Positions 29,006-39,204 of a stretch of 64,000 bases of DNA are shown piece after piece (the first letter of the stretch is position 1; each line of letters starts with the position of its first letter). The DNA is taken from contig JAHLWS010000034.1 in the NCBI GenBank assembly GCA_019057795.1, forward strand, positions 16,057 through 80,056, given 5' to 3'. This DNA is from Promethearchaeota archaeon. Lineage in GTDB: Archaea; Asgardarchaeota; Lokiarchaeia; Sigyniarchaeales; SOKP01. Position numbers and translations under genes: made by a program. Under the pieces are notes generated by a model, which saw nothing but the letters and a program-made list of their open reading frames with translations, had not been told where the DNA came from and searched no databases.

Positions 29006-30736
29006 ATGTCGAAATCTAGAAAAAAGAGAATAAGAAGCGCGCCAAAAAAAGATTTGGATCAAAAAGAACAACATATCATTGAATTAGCGAAAAAAGCTTG
29101 GGCTAAAACGCAAAGTGAGCTTTTTTTTCCTCCTTTAGATACGCCTAATTTTATATTCGATTACTCAAATTTAGAAGGCTTCTACATAGATCCTCAAGAC
29201 AAGTGGCAGATTACTATGAATTTAGCAAATACGCCTATTTTCATAGAAGATATAGACTATATCAATTACTTTCGTGCTATAACCCTTCATGAAGTCTCCC
29301 ATTATCAAATTATTCCGTATGACGGTTTAATAAACGCTAAATTACTTAAAGCAGCTATAAAATATGTTAATGAGAATTTTGCTCCGATAGTAGTTAATGT
29401 GTTCGCGGATTTTATTATTGATGCTAAGCTTCACAATAAAAATCCCGATTTGATCTCCTGGGAGTTGAAAAAGACTTATCAGCACATTTTAGACAAAAAT
29501 CAAAATAACATGAGCGACTTCTCAAAATTCCTATTTCGGTCTTATGAACTGCTCTTAAATATAAAGATTGCTGATAATGGTTCGTTCTCCAATGTGGAAA
29601 ATGTAGCTAAAAGAGTAGTGAATGTCGTGAAAAAGAATTTTGAAGATGAGACATTATGGGAAGAAAAAGTAGCTAAAACCGCTTATCATTTAAGGACGTT
29701 GGTCAATAATACATTTACTATGGTTGGAACTGGTGTACGACACGGTAAAGAAAAAACAGAGAGGAAATCTCCGGGAAGAGGTGGGTCAAAAATCGAGTTT
29801 CCTGAAGACATCTTAGAAGTAATGGATAATCCTTTAGAAAATAAAAATTTAGATAAATTAAAAAAAGATAATAACGATGAATTAAGGCAAAAAGCAGAAG
29901 ATTTTGCTAAAAATACTCCATATTCCGAATTTGGAGCTCCTGCCGGCCAAGCAGGGATATTAATTGACGGAAATCCTTTAGCTACTTGGTATAGAGGTTT
30001 GGCTAAAGACTTAATTGAAATTAAAATATACGAAGAAAAACCAGGAGGGCAAATACCCGTTTATCCTGAAGTTTGGCGCTTAGGAGAGCCAATAGATGAG
30101 TTAGATATTGTCCAAACGCTTCTAAATAGCCCAGTTATTATTCCAAATATTACAACACGAAAATGGGCGAAAAAAATAGGACAAGGGCATTTAATGGAAA
30201 AAGAAATTCCAGATTTACTAATTGTAATCGACTCTTCTGGATCTATGAAATGGAATTACCTAGCAAAATCTCCCAGAGGGATTTATCACACCGCTCTGTT
30301 AGCTTCTTTTGCAGCGCTTCATTTTGCTGCTAAAAAAGGTGTCAAGTTTAGTATAATTAATTTTTCTAACAGAGCAGATATATGTGATTGGACAAGCAAT
30401 TACCAAAAAGCAGAAAAAGTTTTGCTTAGGTATCAAGGGGGAGGAACACAATTACCCGTTAAAGCAATAATTAAACAGAGCGAAAAATCAGAAAGAGAAA
30501 CTTTAATTTTTATTATTACTGATTTTGGAATTTATAATTGGGGTAGTGCTAAAAAAACCCTTTTAGATTTATCCAATAAAGGACATAAAGTTGTAGGTTT
30601 TTTTATTGGCGCCTCAAAAATACCACAAGAACGATTTAAAGATTTACTTAGCAAGATAACATTTTATGCGATTAAAAACAGTAAAGACTTAATCAATTTG
30701 GTCATAGAAGAAGTAAAGAAGTATTATTTGTCGTGA
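29006..30736 (+). CDS. VWA-domain protein with N-terminal HEXXH metallopeptidase-like domain
   Basis: HEVSH; MIDAS DSSGS, GGGT, ITD. Confidence 0.85.
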   Translation: MSKSRKKRIRSAPKKDLDQKEQHIIELAKKAWAKTQSELFFPPLDTPNFIFDYSNLEGFYIDPQDKWQITMNLANTPIFIEDIDYINYFRAITLHEVSHYQIIPYDGLINAKLLKAAIKYVNENFAPIVVNVFADFIIDAKLHNKNPDLISWELKKTYQHILDKNQNNMSDFSKFLFRSYELLLNIKIADNGSFSNVENVAKRVVNVVKKNFEDETLWEEKVAKTAYHLRTLVNNTFTMVGTGVRHGKEKTERKSPGRGGSKIEFPEDILEVMDNPLENKNLDKLKKDNNDELRQKAEDFAKNTPYSEFGAPAGQAGILIDGNPLATWYRGLAKDLIEIKIYEEKPGGQIPVYPEVWRLGEPIDELDIVQTLLNSPVIIPNITTRKWAKKIGQGHLMEKEIPDLLIVIDSSGSMKWNYLAKSPRGIYHTALLASFAALHFAAKKGVKFSIINFSNRADICDWTSNYQKAEKVLLRYQGGGTQLPVKAIIKQSEKSERETLIFIITDFGIYNWGSAKKTLLDLSNKGHKVVGFFIGASKIPQERFKDLLSKITFYAIKNSKDLINLVIEEVKKYYLS

Positions 30737-30773
30737 TAATTTGTCGTAAGATCTGGTTTAAAAATATTTGTTT

Positions 30774-31037
30774 TCAACGCTGTTTATTCATTTCCCGTAA
30801 ATACTGTTTCATAAAGTACCTTTGGCTCTCACAATACATTAATCTTTGATTATCATTCAAATGGGTGCATCTTTTTAAGACTGTTTGAATCTCTTCAAGT
30901 AATTTAAAATTAGCTCTCTTGGCTCTTTCGGGTAGTTGATTTAACTTAACTACAATTTCTATTTCGCTTATCTCTTCCTGAAACAAATCTTTAAGATTGA
31001 GAACTGGTTCCGAATCACTTAACCTTGAAATTATCAT
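30774..31037 (-). CDS. hypothetical protein
   Basis: 87-aa ORF with ATG start. Confidence 0.45.
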   Translation of the reverse strand: MIISRLSDSEPVLNLKDLFQEEISEIEIVVKLNQLPERAKRANFKLLEEIQTVLKRCTHLNDNQRLMYCESQRYFMKQYLREMNKQR

Positions 31038-31252
31038 AATTTTATCCCTAAGGAACTATGAATATGGTTTATTCTACTTCAACAGATATTCAGATAATAG
31101 CTGTGAAATATCCACATATATATAAAAAACAGAATTCTTCTTCTTTTGAAAGTGAGTGATATGCACGTGTTACCTTTATAAACTTAATAAGCCGACTAAT
31201 TAGATCTTATCTAAATTTGAGCAAAAAAAGAGATTTTAACAATAATGTCAAA

Positions 31253-31692
31253 CTATAATAAAGCTAAGCTTAAAAACATAAAAAACATTCCTGCTATAAT
31301 TCCGAAAATGGATAGATGTTCGTTTCCAAAGATGCGAGAAGCGGGTAATAATTCATCTAACGAAATATAGACCATAAATCCACCAACAATTGCTAACATC
31401 GCTCCTAATAAAAAATCATTGATAAACGGAAAAAGAATTAAGCCAAAAACGAGAGCTCCTATTGGTTCACTTATTCCAGAAAAAAACGACCAAAAGAAAG
31501 CCTTTTTTCTACTATTCCTTGTTGTAATAATTCTACAAATGAAACAAATATCATTACTCCCGCTGAAAAACCCATAATAAGTGAAATAAATTTTGAGCTA
31601 GGTTTTTTAACTAAAATCGCAATAAAACTGCCGATCGTTGTTGAAAGTCCTGCAATTAAAGTCAATCCAAGAGCAAGCACAAAAGTTTCCAT
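31253..31692 (-). pseudogene. zupT: ZIP family zinc transporter (ZupT) pseudogene with central deletion and frameshift
   Basis: N-terminus LIAGLSTTIG...GFSAGVMIFVSFVELL joins out of frame to the C-terminus SGISEPIGA...GFMVYISLDELLP...; the HNxPEG core is missing. Confidence 0.85.
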
Positions 31693-31704
31693 TTTTAATC
31701 AATT

Positions 31705-32349
31705 TTAAAAGTTCTTTTTAATCCAATCTTCAAATTTATTTTTTCTGAGTTGTTCTGCCCAGAGTACCTTGATATTGGGCTCGTCAGGAAGCAAGTTTTG
31801 ATTTTTTAAAAGTTCATAAAGTTTCTCGAGTGCTTTTTCGATTAAAATGCCGTATAGATTAGTTTTTTCTTCGTAATCACTTAGTTTCTTTTTGACTTCT
31901 TCCTTGGTATCGTTAATAACTTTTACCCAACTCTCCGCAAATTTTAAAACGTATTCTTCTATATCGTTTAAGCTTTCCATGGTAAATATTGGAAAAGTTA
32001 CTATATACTTGTCTTCCTGTAATTTAACTAAATTGTACCATTCTAAATTTAATAAGTGATTTTTGATTGTTTCTTTAGTCCATTGATAATTTAATTTACA
32101 TTCGTACTCTTCTTTCGATATTAACAGAGGTTTAGGTGAAAAATTAAGATTTTCGTACAATTCCTCGAAAGTTTTTGGGCTTTTAGCAAGTATAATTAGA
32201 ATTTCTCGTCTTACCTTATTATCCAAAACCCATGGAACTTCTGATTCGTCCCAAGGTTGCGTTGTCCCAAAATCAAACCAAGGTTTAATCTCGTCGACGT
32301 TAATTTTCCCTCTAAAACGGTAATTCTGGTACTTCGTGTTCTCTTTCAT
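31705..32349 (-). CDS. winged-helix (ArsR-like) DNA-binding protein
   Basis: LDNKVRREILIILAKSPKTFEEL...KETIKNHLLNLEWYNLVK. Confidence 0.65.
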   Translation of the reverse strand: MKENTKYQNYRFRGKINVDEIKPWFDFGTTQPWDESEVPWVLDNKVRREILIILAKSPKTFEELYENLNFSPKPLLISKEEYECKLNYQWTKETIKNHLLNLEWYNLVKLQEDKYIVTFPIFTMESLNDIEEYVLKFAESWVKVINDTKEEVKKKLSDYEEKTNLYGILIEKALEKLYELLKNQNLLPDEPNIKVLWAEQLRKNKFEDWIKKNF

Positions 32350-32403
32350 TCTTTCCTCCTTCCTTCTGACATTAATATTTATCCATCTAAAATTAAATCT
32401 TCC

Positions 32404-32922
32404 CTATAATACTTCAAGTATTTCTGGGAGCAAGAGCCATCCTTTTTTTTCGTGGATAACATTTCCTTGTTCGTCAATAACAAATTGTCCTGGACCTTGT
32501 TTCTCCCAACCTTCAAACTCACCGTGTTCAAGTCCTAACTTCGCTGCTTCTTTCAATTTACTTCTAACTTTTGTTACCGCTCCAGCGGTCATTAATCCTA
32601 ATCCGTATTCTGCGTATAATTCGTCTTTTGTTGAAGGTATTACAGGAAAGTCAATTTTATATTTTTCAATAAACTCTTTAGCGACTTTTTCACCAGATTG
32701 AGTTACATAAAGCAATTTTGCTCCTTTACTTTTAATTTCAGCGACTTTTTCCATTAATATATTCAAATCCAATTGACAAATTGGACATCCAAAGTATCTT
32801 GAGAAAATCAAGATAATCTTTTGTTTTCCTATTAATTCTCCTAATTCAATTGTTCCAGCATTGTAGGAATCTATTTTGAACAGAGGAGCTTTATCTCCTT
32901 CCTTTATTTTGTTTTTACCCAT
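32404..32922 (-). CDS. AhpC/TSA peroxiredoxin-like redoxin
   Basis: GDKAPLF, RYFGCPIC, PGQFVID. Confidence 0.88.
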   Translation of the reverse strand: MGKNKIKEGDKAPLFKIDSYNAGTIELGELIGKQKIILIFSRYFGCPICQLDLNILMEKVAEIKSKGAKLLYVTQSGEKVAKEFIEKYKIDFPVIPSTKDELYAEYGLGLMTAGAVTKVRSKLKEAAKLGLEHGEFEGWEKQGPGQFVIDEQGNVIHEKKGWLLLPEILEVL

Positions 32923-32989
32923 TTTTCATTTTCACTTTTTTTTATTTTTTTTAATTTATTAGGTTAGTATTACCTTACATTTGATTTAT

Positions 32990-33961
32990 TTATAATTTTA
33001 CTTCCTCTTGAAGCATTGCTTCTATAAGAACATCTGTAGCTTCTTCCTCGGATAAACCCTTAGCCATAAGCTCATCTAACCATTTTTGTGGAAACCTTCC
33101 TAAAGAAGCTTCGTGCGAAACGCTTGAAGTTGGGTCAGTAGCTCTAATGAAAGGCCGGGCTCTACATATTGAACCATGTCCGAGAACAATCTCACTACAT
33201 TCAACGTGACCGTTACAATAAGGCGCATTTCCTTCTGTAATTCCGTACATTAAAACTTCCCCTCCATCCTTTGCGGCAGCTTTCATTTTAATAACGCTTC
33301 TAGCATTTTCGCCTTCAAGAAAAACTGAATCTCGAATTCTTATAGAGTCTTTAATATTTTTTCCAAAAGCTTTAATATTTGATCTAATAACGCTATTCTT
33401 CATTGCGTAAATGTCAATTAATATTTTAACCCTACCAGGAGTTCCTTTAGTAAGGTTAAAATTATTTTCGAAGACGCTATTTTCTCCAACATATATATAG
33501 GTTACTGGAGCAACTAAAGCCCCACTCTTTTCACCATGGTAATGAGTTTCACTATATGTAAAGTTACAATTTTTACCTATGTAATAATGACCAAACATTT
33601 TATGAATTAACCCGTTTGCGTTTGGAAAACTACAGTGAGCTTGGATCTTTACATCTGTATTATCTTCGGCTATAATTCTTGGAAAAATTTCTTGAACTCC
33701 GGTCTCCTTATTTATTCCAAAACATAAGTGAATAGGTTCTTCAAGCTTCGTTCCTTCTTTTATAACTATATCAGCAACTATTCCATTTGTAATTTCGCGC
33801 CCCTTTATTATTATACCCTCAACTTGTTCGATCCCTGATATTTTGTTAAAATCTAATAAGAGTTTGGCGCCTTTGCCGTGACCAGGTAAAAAGTCTCGAA
33901 TATCTATGTTATAATCTTCAAGACTTTGTAATATATCTTCAGGATAATCGCTGTTTTTCAT
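32990..33961 (-). CDS. sufB: SufB/SufD family Fe-S assembly protein (minimal SUF type)
   Basis: PIHLCFG, AHCSFP, GHVECSE, HEASLG, LMAKGLSEEEA; overlaps the sufC stop. Confidence 0.9.
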   Translation of the reverse strand: MKNSDYPEDILQSLEDYNIDIRDFLPGHGKGAKLLLDFNKISGIEQVEGIIIKGREITNGIVADIVIKEGTKLEEPIHLCFGINKETGVQEIFPRIIAEDNTDVKIQAHCSFPNANGLIHKMFGHYYIGKNCNFTYSETHYHGEKSGALVAPVTYIYVGENSVFENNFNLTKGTPGRVKILIDIYAMKNSVIRSNIKAFGKNIKDSIRIRDSVFLEGENARSVIKMKAAAKDGGEVLMYGITEGNAPYCNGHVECSEIVLGHGSICRARPFIRATDPTSSVSHEASLGRFPQKWLDELMAKGLSEEEATDVLIEAMLQEEVKL

Positions 33962-34755
33962 GACAAACCCTCTTCTTTAAATATTCTATCAATATAATCG
34001 TCATCAAAGCATACTGCTCCATTTTTGAACAAAGTTCTTTTGCAAAACTCTTTAAGTCCTGCTTTAGCACAATATCTAAGCATTACCTTCGGAAACACAT
34101 CAGTAATAATATGGTCGCCACGCCATAACAATGTTCCATAATCTGCTACCATTCCAATGACCTCTCTATGGGTGATTAGTAAAATTGTCATATCTAAATC
34201 TTTAATTTTATTAAAGATATTCCAGAAATCTTCTGTAATTATCACATCTAAACCAGAATCTGGCTCATCCAGAATAACTAAGCGAGGCTGCATTGCTATT
34301 GCTGTTGCTAATTCAATTCTCTTACGTTCTCCTCCACTTAAAGAATCATCAATAAAACGATCTAAGTATCTTTCTGGTTCTAAATTAACTGTTTGAAGGA
34401 CTTCCTTTACTTTCTCTTTAATTTTTGACTTTTCTTTCATGCCCAATGAGATATATTTTGCGATGGATAACCCTTCGATTCGTGCTGGCTCCTGCCATGC
34501 CAATGTAATCCCCAATTTAGCACGTTCTGTAATTGTTTTGCCCGTAATATCTTGCCCGTCAAAAAGAATCTTTCCACTGGTTAGTTTATAATTCGTTAAG
34601 CCCATAATGGCATATGCTAAAGTCGATTTCCCAGAACCGTTTGGTCCTATGATAGAGTGAATAGATCCTTCCTTTACTCCAAAGGTAACGTTATTAACTA
34701 TTATTCTTTTATTATCAAACGTAGGGATAGTAATATTCTTTAATTCTAGAAGCAT
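33958..34755 (-). CDS. sufC: SufC-type ABC ATPase
   Basis: GPNGSGKST, LAWQEP, LSGGERKR, LDEPDSGLD; start set at ATG 34755 (MLLELK) by comparison with the paralogous fragment. Confidence 0.92.
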   Translation of the reverse strand: MLLELKNITIPTFDNKRIIVNNVTFGVKEGSIHSIIGPNGSGKSTLAYAIMGLTNYKLTSGKILFDGQDITGKTITERAKLGITLAWQEPARIEGLSIAKYISLGMKEKSKIKEKVKEVLQTVNLEPERYLDRFIDDSLSGGERKRIELATAIAMQPRLVILDEPDSGLDVIITEDFWNIFNKIKDLDMTILLITHREVIGMVADYGTLLWRGDHIITDVFPKVMLRYCAKAGLKEFCKRTLFKNGAVCFDDDYIDRIFKEEGLS

Positions 34756-34866
34756 CTTTGTGAATGTTTGAAAATTATTACATATAATAATACTATAATT
34801 ATTAATAGATTTGTTATAGAAAATTGATTCACTAAGTATTATAGTTATTATCAATTTAAAAATAAA

Positions 34867-34977
34867 ATGATAAAAAGAAGTGTAAGCATTGGCAAAAAAG
34901 GTATAGGATTGGTCGGACCAATCGTAGCCAATGCATTAATTGATCAAATATTAGACATTAAAAAGATTGCCTTTTCC
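34867..34977 (+). pseudogene. PAC2 family gene remnant
   Basis: MIKRSVSIGKKGIGLVGPIVANALIDQILDIKKIAF aligns with MVKKEYICDKGK...GIGLIGPIVSNALIKQIPDIVEIGF of 36067-36861. Confidence 0.8.
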
Positions 34978-35406
34978 TCAAAGATTAAACTTTTCACGGC
35001 ATATCAGTGGAATTGTTAAGGCAGAACCATCGTTAAATTTAAAATGTTTGCCGACAGCAAATTTCTCAAGTTTTTTTTCCCATATAAAATTTTTAGCGCT
35101 CTCTGTAATTGTGATGGCTTTTGTCAGCGGATCGCTGTCTTCGCAGACAATTTTATATAAATCAACCAAGGAACCTGAATTTAAACCAACTTTATCTAAC
35201 TCTGCTTCGAGATCCGAGGCGTAAGAAAGAAAATTCACCGCCAGCAAATAACCGCCTGACGTATGGAACACCCTGCCATCATCGCTTTCCACATCTTCGC
35301 TAAAAACTAAATAGTTGGTTCCGCTAACATCTCTTCCGCCCAACAAAAAGGACATCAAATCGTGATACTCGTTATTGGACTGCACGAAGTAAAGCCAATC
35401 TACCAT
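34978..35406 (-). CDS. hypothetical protein (GC-richer than its surroundings)
   Basis: 142-aa ORF with ATG start and a GGAGGA SD upstream. Confidence 0.65.
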   Translation of the reverse strand: MVDWLYFVQSNNEYHDLMSFLLGGRDVSGTNYLVFSEDVESDDGRVFHTSGGYLLAVNFLSYASDLEAELDKVGLNSGSLVDLYKIVCEDSDPLTKAITITESAKNFIWEKKLEKFAVGKHFKFNDGSALTIPLICREKFNL

Positions 35407-35446
35407 AAATTTTATTCCTCCACTATAATAATAAAAAAATAAGTAT

Positions 35447-35815
35447 TTAAAGTTTTAAAGCTTCAACGACTTTTTCTCTTATTTTTGATTTGTCTTTCAT
35501 ACCTAAGGAAACATATTTATGGACAGATAAACCGTCGATTCTCGCGGGTTCTTGCCATGCTAATGTAATTCCAAGCCTTGCTCTTTCAGTTATACTCAGA
35601 TTAGTAATGTCGATCCCATCGAAAAATATTTTTCCTTTTGACGCTTTATAATCCCCCAATCCCATAATTGTATATGCTAAAGTCGATTTACCGGAACCGT
35701 TTGGTCCCATGATAGCGTGAATCGAACCTTCTTTAATTCCAAAAGAAACTTCATTTACAATGACGCACTTCTGGTCAAGAGTTGGAATTGTTACTTCCTT
35801 AAGTTCTAATAGCAA
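35447..35815 (-). pseudogene. sufC: truncated sufC duplicate
   Basis: Closely similar to the first ~120 aa of 33958-34755; ends before the signature and Walker B motifs. Confidence 0.85.
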
Positions 35816-36066
35816 TTAAAAATCCTCGAAATGTGATTATATTTATTATAATCTTATAATTCGTCAAATTTTTAATATTTTATTTAAAAAATGGGAATAT
35901 CTGTTTTTTTGAAAAGTTAGCTAGTTCAAATCATTAACGATTCATAATAGGTTAATTTTAATATTGATCTGTTTATAATTATATAATGTAAGACTTCAAA
36001 TTGATAATTGAAAAACCAAATTAAAAAAAAAATTAAAATAATATTATAATCAAATAGGAGATAAGT

Positions 36067-36861
36067 ATGGTAAAAAAGGAATATATATGCGACAAGGGTA
36101 AGAGAAGCGCAATTATTATAGAAGACCTTAGAACTGAAATAAAAGAAGGGGCTACAATGATTCTGGGGTTTGCAGGGATTGGTCTCATTGGACCAATTGT
36201 ATCCAACGCGTTAATTAAGCAAATCCCTGATATAGTTGAAATAGGATTTATCACAAGCGATTATCTCCCTCCTATAAGCGTTTTTTACGAAGGCGTGCTA
36301 AAACATCCATTCAGAATCTATTATTCCCCTAAACATAACTTAATTGTTGGAGTCTCAGAAGTACCGTTTCAAGTTTCAACAGCTTATAACGACTTATCTA
36401 AAACTATAAATCACTGGTTATTATCTGACGATGTAAAAGCTAAGGAAGTTGTGATTTTCCAAGGGATACCTCAGCGTGGAATTATTGATAAATATCCAAT
36501 ATATTATGCCGCTGAAGCAGATATGGTCGACACTTTGGAGAAATATGGAATTAAGAAAGTAGAGAAGGGCATCATCGTAGGTCCAGAAGCAACCATATTA
36601 AACGAAGCTTTATCAAATAAATTAAAAGCGTACGCCTTATTTGCTCCCGTGTTAGAAATACCAACACCAGAAGCTGGCGCAGCAATACTAGAGGTGTTAA
36701 ATGAAATTTATGGTTTAAACATAGAAACATCCAAATTAATTGAGGAAGGGAAAGAGATTAAAGCAAAAATGCTCGAGCTAGCTGAAAAAGCGCAACAATA
36801 CCAAAAACAACAACAATTACCGGAATACCCTAAAGAAGGATACAATCGATACTTTCAATAA
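36067..36861 (+). CDS. proteasome assembly chaperone PAC2 family protein
   Basis: GFAGIGLIG, PP...HPFRIY, PTPEAGA, L.EEGKEI. Confidence 0.9.
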   Translation: MVKKEYICDKGKRSAIIIEDLRTEIKEGATMILGFAGIGLIGPIVSNALIKQIPDIVEIGFITSDYLPPISVFYEGVLKHPFRIYYSPKHNLIVGVSEVPFQVSTAYNDLSKTINHWLLSDDVKAKEVVIFQGIPQRGIIDKYPIYYAAEADMVDTLEKYGIKKVEKGIIVGPEATILNEALSNKLKAYALFAPVLEIPTPEAGAAILEVLNEIYGLNIETSKLIEEGKEIKAKMLELAEKAQQYQKQQQLPEYPKEGYNRYFQ

Positions 36862-37026
36862 AAAAAAAATGTAAATCTAATTTTGTTATTAATCAAATTT
36901 TTTCTACTATTTTTATTAGGTATCGTGTTAAAGTTAGGTAATAATAATTTATAAAAACTAATTTTATTATTCTTGGACAATTTTTCTTAGTGATTCAACA
37001 GTAACAGTAATAAGAGGTAAATTTTC

Positions 37027-37482
37027 ATTAAGGAAAAATTCATTCCGGTTCAAATTGATCAAGAACTTTGTTTAAGGTGTGAACGGTGCCTACACGCTTG
37101 CAGAGCTAACGCTATTTATTTCGAACATGGAATACGAAAAGTTGATTATACTAAATGCAAAGGATGCTTATCATGTGTTCAAGTCTGTCCGAGAAATGCA
37201 ATAGAGGTTACATCCATTACTCATCCAGACCAAATCGTTAGCATAAAAATTGACCACGAAAAGTGTACGATGTGCGAACAATGCCTTGCTGAGAACGGCA
37301 ATTTCTGCCCTCAAAACTTATTTTATAAAGATATTGTAAAGAAGGTTGGCAGAGAAGAATTAGGTATTAGATTTAAGTTTACGGAAATTGCAAAATGCCA
37401 AGGTTGTTTTAAATGCGAATTGTCTTGTCCTGAAGGGGCTATCAAACCCATTAAATACGAATTCCAACAATTTGTATCGTAA
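37027..37482 (+). CDS. polyferredoxin (four 4Fe-4S-type motifs); probable ATT start, longer than the ORF track call
   Basis: CLRCERCLHAC, CKGCLSCVQVCP, CTMCEQC...FCP, CQGCFKCELSCP in one frame after TAA at 37018; GAGGT SD at 37014. Confidence 0.85.
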   Translation: MKEKFIPVQIDQELCLRCERCLHACRANAIYFEHGIRKVDYTKCKGCLSCVQVCPRNAIEVTSITHPDQIVSIKIDHEKCTMCEQCLAENGNFCPQNLFYKDIVKKVGREELGIRFKFTEIAKCQGCFKCELSCPEGAIKPIKYEFQQFVS

Positions 37483-37486
37483 CCTT

Positions 37487-38041
37487 TTACGCTTTTTCTT
37501 TAATTTTTTGAATGATAAGAATATTAATTTCGGAAAAATCAGAAATTACTACAGTACCTTCCATGTTCTTTAATTTTTTAATGTTCTCTAGTTCAATATC
37601 TCTGATTTTCAGCACTAATGGCGTTCCATCGGGCCGAGAAGTAACAATTGGCTCAGCATCTTGATCTGAAGGAAAAATGTAAACTATTTGGCCTCCTTTA
37701 ATAGCTTGAGCCACGCAGTTAGTAATTAGAGTGTCTGCTATCCCGCATGCAATTTTAGCGATAGTATTTGCAGAAACTGGAGCAACTAAAAATAAATCGT
37801 ACTTGCCAAGCTGTAAGGGTCCCGCATAAAATGGGATATTTGGGGTTTTTTCTACTTTAACCTTTTCAACTGCTTTAGTTAGAGCTAACCACATTTTATA
37901 CCACTTGACAACCGCCGCACCTTCCTTTGATAAAATTACAGTTATATCAATATCATGATTATTTTGCAAATCAACCATTAAATCAATTAACTCTTGAAGT
38001 ATATAACCCGTGCCAGTTATACCCCATATTAACTTAAACAA
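37487..38041 (-). CDS. archaeal flavoprotein (AfpA/HFCD family)
   Basis: WGITGTG, APVSANTIAKIACGIADTLITN. Confidence 0.85.
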   Translation of the reverse strand: MFKLIWGITGTGYILQELIDLMVDLQNNHDIDITVILSKEGAAVVKWYKMWLALTKAVEKVKVEKTPNIPFYAGPLQLGKYDLFLVAPVSANTIAKIACGIADTLITNCVAQAIKGGQIVYIFPSDQDAEPIVTSRPDGTPLVLKIRDIELENIKKLKNMEGTVVISDFSEINILIIQKIKEKA

Positions 38042-38265
38042 TTAACTTTCATCTCTTTCAAAACTAAATTTCAAATAAAAATTTGATTAATTTAAATAAT
38101 TAAATACTTTTGATATTTGTTAGGTAAATTTTCAGCTCATTGAAATATATTTAGATTCTAATAAAAATTGGTCTACTCTTTTTTTAAATTGTATATAAAA
38201 TTATTAAAAATATTAAAATAGATACTTAAAATAATTTTAAACGCATTAAAATAAGGGGTAATTCT

Positions 38266-39204
38266 ATGGAATACGCAATTGAGACTTCCAATTTAAAAAA
38301 ATATTTTGGCGATATCCACGCCGTTGATGGAATTGATTTAAAAATTCCAAAAGGGTACTTATATGGCGTACTTGGGCCAAATGGTGCTGGAAAGTCGACG
38401 ATAATTCGAATATTATCTGCAATTCTTTACCCAACGGACGGAGAGGCTACGGTTTTAGGATTTAATCTAAGAAAAGAAGCAAGTGAGATAAAAAAAAGAA
38501 TTGGTGTATGTCCGCAAGAACTAGTAATTTATCCTCGTTTAACAGCAAGAGAAAATATTCATCTTATTGCTCAAATGCATGGTATTATTAAAAAAGATTA
38601 TAAAGAACGCACTGATGATTTACTTGGAAGGATGAATCTATTGGATCGAGCTGATTCTTTATCCAAGACTTATTCGGGTGGAATGAAACGAAGATTAAAT
38701 GTATTAATGGCTGTAATTCACGAACCAGAGTTACTTTTTTTTGATGAACCTACAGCTGGTTTGGATCCGCAATCACGACGAGTTGTATGGGATTTCATTA
38801 AAGAGTTCCAAGAAAGAGATTGCACAATAATCTTAACAACCCATAACATGGAGGAGGCTGATGATCTCTCAGATGAACTGCTTATAATTGACTATGGAAA
38901 AATCATTGCCCAAGGCACCCCAAGTGAATTAAAAGGAAAGCTAGGGGAGGGAGATATAATAGAGTTCAAGGTTAGAGATCCAAAAAATAGAAATGAGATA
39001 ATTGAACGAGCAAAATCACTAAGTTTTGTACGCTGGGGAAAAAAACTGGGTAAACATCGAATAGTTATAAACGCTCTTGATGGTTTAAGACGCATCTCTG
39101 ATATTATGGACGTTGTTAAAGTTGAAATGGAGGATATATCTGTTCGTACAAATACTTTAGAAGATATTTTTATTGATTTAACAGGTAGGAGGTTGAGGGA
39201 TTAA
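38266..39204 (+). CDS. ABC-2 (DrrA-like) exporter ATP-binding protein
   Basis: GPNGAGKST, YSGGMKRR, FDEPTAGLD, TTHNMEEA. Confidence 0.95.
   Translation: MEYAIETSNLKKYFGDIHAVDGIDLKIPKGYLYGVLGPNGAGKSTIIRILSAILYPTDGEATVLGFNLRKEASEIKKRIGVCPQELVIYPRLTARENIHLIAQMHGIIKKDYKERTDDLLGRMNLLDRADSLSKTYSGGMKRRLNVLMAVIHEPELLFFDEPTAGLDPQSRRVVWDFIKEFQERDCTIILTTHNMEEADDLSDELLIIDYGKIIAQGTPSELKGKLGEGDIIEFKVRDPKNRNEIIERAKSLSFVRWGKKLGKHRIVINALDGLRRISDIMDVVKVEMEDISVRTNTLEDIFIDLTGRRLRD

Noticed and set aside
34756-34854. N-terminal extension of sufC in the ORF track
   Set aside because: Low-complexity intergenic sequence; the duplicate begins at MLLELK
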